Virus record (IMG/VR): IMGVR_UViG_3300009095_000062
Location: 1 to 27,219 of that record
Source of the DNA: a virus
Lineage: Duplodnaviria; Caudoviricetes
Length of the DNA: 27,219 nt
Strand: one strand, 5' to 3'
Made by a program: the position numbers and the translations under genes. Under the pieces are notes generated by a model that saw only the letters and a program-made list of their open reading frames with translations, was not told where the DNA came from and ran no database searches. Positions 15,560 to 22,496 of the stretch are shown here, in pieces (position 1 is the stretch's first letter; each line of letters begins with the position of its first letter).

Positions 15560-16666
15560 ATGGCTGGTGCTCAGCTCTGGCAGCTGGAGGACTTCGCGCC
15601 TCCGGTGTTCCTGGACTTCGTACGGAACCTGCTTCCACCCCCGACGTACCAGGGCGCGAACTGGCTGCCGAACCAGACGATCGACGACATCGAGTACGAG
15701 TACATCAAGGGCCAGAACGATCAGCCGGTGATGGCGCACATCATCGGGTGGGACTCCGAGGCCCCCATCGCCGGACGGCCGCCGCTGGGTGAGCGGGTCC
15801 GCGGGGAGCTGCCGCCGATCAAGCGGAAGCAGCGGATCAGCGAGAAGGAGATCATCCGGTTCCTGAACCCGCGGCGCGGCACCGCCGACCAGCAGGCCGC
15901 CATCCGGCAGGTCTACAACGACACCGCCCGCCTGGTGAGCAGCATCCAGGCGCGGATGGAGTGGCTGCGGATGCAAGCCCTCTCCGAGGACACCGTCCGC
16001 TACAACGAGGGCGGCGTCATCATCGAGTTCGACTTCGGTGTGCCGGACAGCCAGCAGATCACGCTCGGGTCGACCGCGGGCTCCGCGACCGACGGCACCG
16101 GTGCCACGGTCAGCGCGTACGGCCCGCACTGGTCCGACGTGGAGAACGCGACGGTGCTCACCGACCTGATGACGATCTGCGACCAGATCGAGCAGGAGCG
16201 CGGCGAGCGGCCGGCCACGATGGTCATGTCCCGCAAGCTGCACAACCATCTCCTGGTCAACGCACAGATCAAGGGCTGGACCTACGCGCAGTACGCCCCC
16301 GACCGGCCGATGCAACCCGCCGAGGTCAACCAGACGCTCGACCGGTACAACCTGCCGCGGCCGGTGGTCTACGACGTGAAGGTCGGCAGCGAGAACGCCG
16401 ACGGCACCAGCACGCAGGTGCGCACGATGCGGGAGAACGTGGTGGTGCTGCTTCCGTCGCAGCCGGTCGGTCGGACGTTGTGGGGGCCGACGGCGGAGTC
16501 CATTCGGACCCTGAACGGCACTAGCTACGCCGCGCAGGCCCCGGGAATCTGGGCGAGCACCTACTACCAGGATGAGCCGCCGTCCGAGTGGACCAAGGCC
16601 GTCGCCGCGGCGTTCCCGTCGCTGCCGAACGTGGACAAGCTCGGCCAGCTCACGGTCGCTCCGTGA
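15560..16666 (+). CDS. Major capsid protein (lambda gpE-like family), 368 aa
   Basis: SD AAGGAGG; WDSEAPI, ELPPIKRK, RMEWLRMQAL and FDFGVP motifs, terminal AFPSL. Confidence 0.9.
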   Translation: MAGAQLWQLEDFAPPVFLDFVRNLLPPPTYQGANWLPNQTIDDIEYEYIKGQNDQPVMAHIIGWDSEAPIAGRPPLGERVRGELPPIKRKQRISEKEIIRFLNPRRGTADQQAAIRQVYNDTARLVSSIQARMEWLRMQALSEDTVRYNEGGVIIEFDFGVPDSQQITLGSTAGSATDGTGATVSAYGPHWSDVENATVLTDLMTICDQIEQERGERPATMVMSRKLHNHLLVNAQIKGWTYAQYAPDRPMQPAEVNQTLDRYNLPRPVVYDVKVGSENADGTSTQVRTMRENVVVLLPSQPVGRTLWGPTAESIRTLNGTSYAAQAPGIWASTYYQDEPPSEWTKAVAAAFPSLPNVDKLGQLTVAP

Positions 16667-16667
16667 T

Positions 16668-17119
16668 ATGCGGCTGTGGCTCCGTGACGACCCGCCACCC
16701 CGCCCACCCCGAAACGGCGGGGCGGCGTGGTCGGCGCGGGTGCTCCTCGCGGAGGACAACCCAGCGGGCCGCTGCGCCTCGTGCTGCGAAGCCGACGACA
16801 CCTCCCCCGACGCACGGTCCTGACGGTGCACGGGCGCGGCCGGAAGATGTTCGACGCCGATGGCAACCCGCACTACACCTGGACCCCTCTGGCCAGCGGG
16901 CGCGGCATCGTCAGGGAACAGCGCCGCGAAACCGACGACACTACCGGCATCACCTCCATCTACGGGGAGGCGGTGATGGCGTGGCCGGCGGACGCTCCAC
17001 CCCCGGCCGAGACCGCCACGCTCACCGACCAGCACGGCACCCGCTGGGCCATCACAGCGGTGGACCCACTGCCGGAGGTGCTGCGGCTGACCGTGGAAAG
17101 GACCGAGGATGCCCCGTAG
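16668..17119 (+). CDS. Head-tail connector (stopper-like); possible 1-nt frameshift near 16760-16770
   Basis: The C-terminal frame has DADGNPHYTW and GTRWAITAVDP, typical of head-closure proteins. The natural start (ATG 16668, next to the capsid stop) is in a different frame. Confidence 0.55.
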
Positions 17120-17489
17120 GCACGTGGACATCATCGGCGCGCTGGACGGCTGGATCTCGGGGATGGATCGGCTCGGGGAACGTGTCGGCGAGCACCAGGT
17201 CGCCGAGTGGCGGTACGCGACCGAACGGTTCTACGACCGCACCCAGCAGTACGTCCACGTCCTCGACGGGAATTTGAAAACCTCCGGCCGGTGCGCCGTC
17301 GATCCGCACCGGCTCGACATCGAAGGCTCCGTCACCTACGGCGGCACCCCGGAGTGCGACTACGCGATCTACGAGTTCGGCCGCGGCGGCAACCACGACG
17401 CGCTCACCCGGGGCTTCGTCGCGAACGTGGAGACCTTCGAGCAGGCGATCGTCGATGGGATCGCCGCCGAGATCGACTCCTGGAGGTGA
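17109..17489 (+). CDS. HK97 gp10-like neck/tail-completion protein, 126 aa
   Basis: TQQYVHVLDGNLKTSG and YAIYEFGRG motifs; position in the head-tail cluster. Confidence 0.75.
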   Translation: MPRRHVDIIGALDGWISGMDRLGERVGEHQVAEWRYATERFYDRTQQYVHVLDGNLKTSGRCAVDPHRLDIEGSVTYGGTPECDYAIYEFGRGGNHDALTRGFVANVETFEQAIVDGIAAEIDSWR

Positions 17490-17494
17490 TCACT

Positions 17495-17983
17495 GTGGAG
17501 CTGGCGGCTGCCGCCCGGCGGCACCTCCAAAACGATGTGACCCTCCGCGGCTACGTCCAGGGCCGGGTCTACACGTTCACCCTGCACGATCACGTCGCGC
17601 CACGCGGACGCCGAGCGCTGGTGGTGCGGCCGTCGGGCGGCTGGGCGCAGCCGGAACGCCGCTCCGGCGCCGAATTCCCCATCCTCTACGTCGACTGCTG
17701 GGCGGATGTCTCCCGCACCGACACCGGCGAACGCGCCGCCGACGACGCGATCAGCAACGCCTACGCCCTGTACCGGGCGGTTGATCGGCTGCTGCAGGGC
17801 GTTCGGGATCAGCGCTGGGGTGCGCTCGGCACCCAGCCCGGCCTGCCCATCGTGTCGTGCGAACGCTGGGCGGAACCGTTCCACCAGACCGCAGCCGAGT
17901 CCCACGGCGGCACCGCCTACGGCGTTCCGCTCGGGGAAGCCGCGGTGGTCACGGTCTCCTACGCGGTGCACACCTTCCATTAG
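17495..17983 (+). CDS. Tail terminator-like protein, about 162 aa
   Basis: GGAGG 8 nt before GTG 17495 (alternative GTG 17486); YVQGRVY and LYVDCWA patterns; position. Confidence 0.7.
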   Translation: MELAAAARRHLQNDVTLRGYVQGRVYTFTLHDHVAPRGRRALVVRPSGGWAQPERRSGAEFPILYVDCWADVSRTDTGERAADDAISNAYALYRAVDRLLQGVRDQRWGALGTQPGLPIVSCERWAEPFHQTAAESHGGTAYGVPLGEAAVVTVSYAVHTFH

Positions 17984-17992
17984 GAGGTCCTG

Positions 17993-18169
17993 ATGCCGAG
18001 GCGACGAGGCCGCAGCCACGGCCCGTTCCGCTCGAAAGCGCAGTGGCGAGCGATGCACGCCCGCTACGGGCATCGCGGCTGGGTGAAGCGCTGGAGCCAC
18101 CAGAACCAGCGGAAACGCCCGTACAAGTCGCTGCCGAAGCGTGTTCGTCGTCGGAGGAGGCGCCGGTGA
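17993..18169 (+). CDS. Arg-rich small protein, 58 aa (MPRRRGRSHGPFRSKAQWRAMHARYG...SLPKRVRRRRRRR)
   Basis: Not in the ORF track. SD AGGAGG, ATG 17993, and a TGA that overlaps the GTG of the next gene. 24/58 K+R, no D/E. Confidence 0.8.
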   Translation: MPRRRGRSHGPFRSKAQWRAMHARYGHRGWVKRWSHQNQRKRPYKSLPKRVRRRRRRR

Positions 18170-19266
18170 AGATCATCGTGCGGGGGCCGGTTGATCCGTG
18201 GTCGGGGTACGGACGCGATGTTCTCGGACTCGTTGGTGCGCTGCTCGACATGGACGTCGACGTGTCGCTGTGGCCGTTGTCGGTCGCGCCGGGGATCCCC
18301 GAGCGGATCGCTCGGCTGCTGAGCCGGCCAGTAGACCCGCCGTACGACTGCCTGCTGTGGTACGCGCCGCCCGACCAGATCACCCCGTGGAACATGTACG
18401 GCTGGGCCACGACGCAGCTCGGCTGGACGATGTGGGAGCGCACCCCGTTCACCTCAGCGAACCTGCCGTGGTGGGACGCCGACGACCCCGATCTTCAGCG
18501 CGGCCACGTGTGGTCGCACCGGCATCGGGACCGGGCTACCCCTACCAAGGGCTGGCTTGATGCGCTCGTGGTGACCTGCCCCATGAACGTCGAGGCGTTC
18601 CGGCACGTGGAGCGGCACCTACCGATCGAGGTCATTCCGCCTGGGGTAGATGTCGAGAACTACCCGTTCGCGACCCGCCCGGACCGGGGGCCGGTGCGGT
18701 ATGGCTGGGTGGGGATGCCGTCGCAGCGGAAGAACCTGCCCGCACTGCTGGATGCATGGATTCGGTTCCGCCGGGAGTACGTCACGATCGACGCGCACCT
18801 GGAGATCAAAACGACCGGGATCGGGGCAGGAGTGGTGGAGGCCAGCCGCATTCCCGACGTGACCGTGTACCGGGACACCTGGCCCATCGCGAAGCTCTGG
18901 GAGTGGTACTCCAGCCTGGACGCGCTCGTGTCGGTGTCGCGGGGTGAGGGCATGAACAAGCCCGCAGTGGAGGCGATGGCCACCGGGGCGCCGGTGATCG
19001 CACCGCCGTGGGGCGGGCACGAGAACTGGCTCCACCCCGACCTCGGCTACCCGGTCGACTACCGGCTCATCGAGTCACCGTTCGAGCCGGGCACCTACGA
19101 CTGCGAAGTAGACCCGGGCGATCTTCTGCGGGCTCTGGTCGCGGCAGCCGACGCCCCCGAACAGCGCCGCCGGAAAGGCCACGCCGCCGCGAACTTCGTA
19201 CGTTCCGCCCTCACCTGGCGCGGTGCTGCAGAACGGGTTCTCCAGGTTGCTGCTCGGCACCTGTAA
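18166..19266 (+). CDS. GT-B fold (GT4-like) glycosyltransferase, 366 aa
   Basis: SGYG, TMWE, IPPGVD and QRKN motifs plus the Ex7E signature SRGEGMNKPAVEAMATGAPVI. Start revised to GTG 18166 after GGAGGAGG. Confidence 0.88.
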   Translation: MKIIVRGPVDPWSGYGRDVLGLVGALLDMDVDVSLWPLSVAPGIPERIARLLSRPVDPPYDCLLWYAPPDQITPWNMYGWATTQLGWTMWERTPFTSANLPWWDADDPDLQRGHVWSHRHRDRATPTKGWLDALVVTCPMNVEAFRHVERHLPIEVIPPGVDVENYPFATRPDRGPVRYGWVGMPSQRKNLPALLDAWIRFRREYVTIDAHLEIKTTGIGAGVVEASRIPDVTVYRDTWPIAKLWEWYSSLDALVSVSRGEGMNKPAVEAMATGAPVIAPPWGGHENWLHPDLGYPVDYRLIESPFEPGTYDCEVDPGDLLRALVAAADAPEQRRRKGHAAANFVRSALTWRGAAERVLQVAARHL

Positions 19267-19317
19267 CCGACTTACGGGGACTGCCACACAGGCTCAGCCT
19301 CCCGGCAGGGGCCAGAA

Positions 19318-19773
19318 TTACGGGAGTTCGAGTGTTGCCGCGTCGACCTCGACCCAGCCGGTCCGGTTGAAGCGGAAACCCTCCGGCAGATATACCGGCG
19401 GTACCGGCTGCGGTTGCTGGTTGCGCCAGCACGTGAACCAGTGCGGCTGGTGCCAACGCCCGTCGCGGCGACGGGTCTCGTTGAGGTCGTCGTTCAGCCA
19501 GTCGTCCCGGCTGATGTCGTGCTGGACGTGACGCCACGCCTCGTCCAGGTCTTTGACGTCGCCGTGGTACAGGACGTCGTCCACGGTCAGCAGGGACCGG
19601 ACAGTGCGGGTGTCGTCGGCGGCATAGTAGGAGAACCCCTTGACCATGTCGGTCTTCATGGGGTTTCCGCCGGGGTCACGGCGGTACAAGGCCCAGCCGT
19701 AGCTGTCGTCGCGGGTTTCGTCGTCGGCCGGATCCCACCACCAGTGGTTGCGGATCCACACCGTGTGGCTCAT
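19318..19773 (-). CDS. Hypothetical Trp/Asp-rich protein, 151 aa
   Basis: SD GAGGAG and GC3-biased codons. No family recognised. Confidence 0.72.
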   Translation of the reverse strand: MSHTVWIRNHWWWDPADDETRDDSYGWALYRRDPGGNPMKTDMVKGFSYYAADDTRTVRSLLTVDDVLYHGDVKDLDEAWRHVQHDISRDDWLNDDLNETRRRDGRWHQPHWFTCWRNQQPQPVPPVYLPEGFRFNRTGWVEVDAATLELP

Positions 19774-19810
19774 CAAGTTCTCCTCGATCTGTGCGATGAA
19801 GAAAGTAGTG

Positions 19811-19851
19811 GGCCGGGCAGCTCCCCCAGGGGGTTAGGGGTCTGCCCGGCC
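19811..19851 (-). terminator. Intrinsic terminator-like hairpin
   Basis: Perfect 10-bp inverted repeat GGCCGGGCAG / CTGCCCGGCC, followed on the minus strand by CACTACTTTCTT, downstream of the 19936 stop. Confidence 0.55.
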
Positions 19852-19935
19852 GAGCGGGACCGCATTTCGACACGCGGCTCGCCCTCCTCGCCCCGCCCCT
19901 CAGCCAGTAAGCGGGGCGAGGACGACTGGCAGGGT

Positions 19936-20676
19936 TTAGCCGACCTTCTCGAACGGCTGGCAGCCCTGAACCTCAAACAGCTCTCCGGCCTTCACGGTCA
20001 CCCGTGCCGGGCCGTCGTTCAAGCTGTTGGTGATGATGTTGGAGAACTCCGAGGAGCCGTTCTTGTACCGCGCCCAGTAGCAGGGGCGGCCGTCGCCACC
20101 GGCGGACTTGTAGGTGCCGGGTTCGATGTCGTCACCGACGTGGTAGGAGCCGTCGGTGATGCCGCTTGTCTGCGGGCCAGCGGGCTGCGCCGGAGCGGCC
20201 GGGGTCGCGGCGGCGCCGCGCTTCGTCATCGTGACGATCACCGTGGAGTTGGACTTCACGACGGTTCTGGCGGCGGGCTCAATCTTGGTGACGGTCCAGT
20301 TCGCGGGCAGCAGCACCATCGAGTCGTTGCGGTCCTGGCTGGCGGGGGTCACGGCGGTCAGCCCGAGGGCCTTCAGCTCGTCGAGAGCGATCTGGCCGTT
20401 CTTGCCCGCGACCTCGGGCAGCGTCACATCAACAACCGGCGGGGCGGCTGGGGTGGTGTAGCTGGGCAGCGACGCCGGAGCAGCGGTGGTGGTGTTCGTG
20501 GAGTCGGAGTTGCCCGAGTTGACCATCCCGATCACTGCGAGGACTGCGACACCGCCGACGATCCACGGCCACTTCTTGGCCTTCTTCTTGGGGGTGGGCG
20601 CCTGCGGAGCCATCCCGTACGGGGGCTGCGGCGGAGTGGCCGGCTGCTGGGTGTTGAACGGCTGAGTCATGACCAT
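19936..20676 (-). CDS. Membrane-anchored surface protein with a PASTA-like domain and C-terminal beta domain, about 246 aa
   Basis: Pro/Gln N-terminus, KKKAKKWPW plus one TM helix, TLPEVAGKN...ELKALGL (PASTA-like), and DGSYHVGDDIEPGTYKS...CYWAR (common actinobacterial surface domain). Confidence 0.8.
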   Translation of the reverse strand: MVMTQPFNTQQPATPPQPPYGMAPQAPTPKKKAKKWPWIVGGVAVLAVIGMVNSGNSDSTNTTTAAPASLPSYTTPAAPPVVDVTLPEVAGKNGQIALDELKALGLTAVTPASQDRNDSMVLLPANWTVTKIEPAARTVVKSNSTVIVTMTKRGAAATPAAPAQPAGPQTSGITDGSYHVGDDIEPGTYKSAGGDGRPCYWARYKNGSSEFSNIITNSLNDGPARVTVKAGELFEVQGCQPFEKVG

Positions 20677-20864
20677 GTTCTCTTTTCCGCCCCGTGGGGC
20701 GTCCTGCGCCCGCACCTAATGTGCGAGCTTCAACTTCCCATTCGCGCGATCACTGAGAGTCGTTACGAGTTTGCCCAATATAGTTTCCGCAGGTCATGCA
20801 CGGCACAAAGCAGTAACGCTGCGCGGTCGGCCAGCGATTACTTCTGCCCTGTTCCGCTGCCGAG

Positions 20865-20928
20865 CGTGTGACACCGGCACCACGGCAGCGGTACACGATC
20901 GCGTTCCGCCCGCCGATCGCCAGACCCT
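20865..20928 (+). promoter_or_regulatory. Putative late promoter 3 (CGTGTGACAC box plus -10-like GACCCT)
   Basis: 10-mer identical to 14195-14204, hexamer at offset 58, upstream of the major tail gene where the + strand operon resumes. Confidence 0.55.
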
Positions 20929-20983
20929 GAGCCCGACCAGCAGTGAGACCCCGGTGGGGTTCAGCAGCGAAGGGTGGTGCGCG

Positions 20984-21607
20984 GTGTCTTCTCCCGCCCC
21001 AACACAGTCCGCGATCTTCGAGGGCTTCTCCGTCTCCCACGCGCAGATCCTCAACGGGTCGGAGACGTTCCTCGAAGCGCTCGCCCGCACCGACGCCGAA
21101 GGCTGGGACGTCTACGGCGTCAACGAGGCGTCGATGGAGCCCGACACCGACAACTACGACAACGAAGGCGACGACGCGGTCCTCAGCAAGTGGAACTGGC
21201 TGAACTTCGTAGAGCTGTCGGTGCAGGCCGGATACATCAGCTTTCCGCTGATCAGCAACATGACCGGCGCTCCCGTGACCTCCACCAGCGGTGCCGGAAC
21301 CACGAACTACTCGATCGACCTGTGGTCGGAGACGATGTTCAACGTTCCGGCGCGGCCGATGCTGATCCGGATGCCCTCCCGCGACAAGATAGGCAAACCC
21401 TGCTCGCTGGTCGCCGGCCTGTACCGGGTGAACTTCGCGCCGATCACCTTCGACGGGCCGTCCTACAAGGAGGGCTTGAAGGTCAACTACAACGGCCAGG
21501 CCGTGTTGAGCCAGTGGGATGAGACCGGCGCCGAGCTGACCGACAAGGACGAGCTCGGCGCGACGATCAAGAAGGTCGGCAAGCTCATCTCGGTGGTGCG
21601 GAACTGA
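20984..21607 (+). CDS. Major tail protein, 207 aa
   Basis: Start revised to GTG 20984. Beta-rich with DVYGV...NEGDD pattern; immediately before the chaperone and tape measure genes. Confidence 0.8.
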   Translation: MSSPAPTQSAIFEGFSVSHAQILNGSETFLEALARTDAEGWDVYGVNEASMEPDTDNYDNEGDDAVLSKWNWLNFVELSVQAGYISFPLISNMTGAPVTSTSGAGTTNYSIDLWSETMFNVPARPMLIRMPSRDKIGKPCSLVAGLYRVNFAPITFDGPSYKEGLKVNYNGQAVLSQWDETGAELTDKDELGATIKKVGKLISVVRN

Positions 21608-22101
21608 TGGGCGCGAAGACCAACGCGACCAAACCCGCCCAGGACCCCGCCGGTGGCCTGGACACCATCGCGCCATCCGAGGGCACGATCACCGTCGACG
21701 GGATGAACTGCCGCGTGAAGCGGCTGCGGATGCGCGAGCTGATGAAGCTCGTCCGGGTGCTCACGGCGGGACTCGGTGAGGGCTTGACCCGGCTGGACTG
21801 GTCGAGCACGAGCGATGAGGAGTTCGGGCAGCAGCTCTTCGGGATGGCGCTGGTCGGGATTCCCGAGGCCGAAGACGAGTTCGTGGAGCTGGTGCAGGCG
21901 CTCGTGGAACCGGCCGACCCGCGCTACTCCGAGCAGGTCCACGAAGCCCTCGACAACCCCGAAGCCGCCGTCGTTGTGGATGCGATCGGTGTGGTGATCG
22001 AGCAGGAGCGGGAGTCGTTCGGGCTGCTGCTGGGAAAACTCCGGACCCTGGTCGGCGCGGCGAGCGCGCTGCGCACGAAGAAGACGACAGCGGCGAGCTA
22101 G
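21607..22101 (+). CDS. Tail assembly chaperone (gpG-like), 164 aa
   Basis: Position between major tail and tape measure; contains the slippery heptamer near its 3' end. Confidence 0.85.
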   Translation: MGAKTNATKPAQDPAGGLDTIAPSEGTITVDGMNCRVKRLRMRELMKLVRVLTAGLGEGLTRLDWSSTSDEEFGQQLFGMALVGIPEAEDEFVELVQALVEPADPRYSEQVHEALDNPEAAVVVDAIGVVIEQERESFGLLLGKLRTLVGAASALRTKKTTAAS

Positions 22102-22496
22102 ACGACTGGGGCCGTGCCTGGAACCAGCAGCCGTGGGCGGCGACGTTCGATCTGCTCTCGGCCGAGTACGGCTGGACCGACTCCCAGATCCTTGATCTCA
22201 CATTGCCCCGCATCCACCAGGCCCGCGATGTGATCCTCGCCCGCCGGAAACGCGACCACGACAACCAGGCCCGTCTGTTCGAGGCCACCACCAAGCACGT
22301 GGTCAACGCGGTGGCAGGCAGCGCGCTGGGCGCGAAGAAGGGCGCCGGGCAGAAAGCCGCCGAGCGGGTGCAGTTCGTGCGGTCGGGGTCGCGCCGGCCA
22401 CGTGAGGTGACCGTTGGGCAGGGCGCGGCGCTGTTCGGGTCGGAGCCGCTGGTGCCGGAAGGAATGACCGCCGCGGAGGTGATCGCGCATGGCTGA
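21607..22496 (+). CDS. Tail assembly chaperone gpGT-like, about 296 aa, via programmed -1 frameshift
   Basis: G GGA AAA (X XXY YYZ) at 22032-22038. The -1 frame is open to 22496 and encodes FDLLSAEYGWTDSQILDLTLPRI, a typical gpT segment. Confidence 0.85.

Noticed and set aside
14735-17134. 799-aa minus-strand ORF and other long antisense ORFs (e.g. 7618-8913, 8989-10218, 23473-25035)
   Set aside because: They are shadows of real + strand genes caused by stop-codon scarcity at high GC, with no recognisable motifs.
19414-20871. 485-aa plus-strand ORF
   Set aside because: It is antisense to two better-supported minus-strand genes that have SD sites and sensible protein features.
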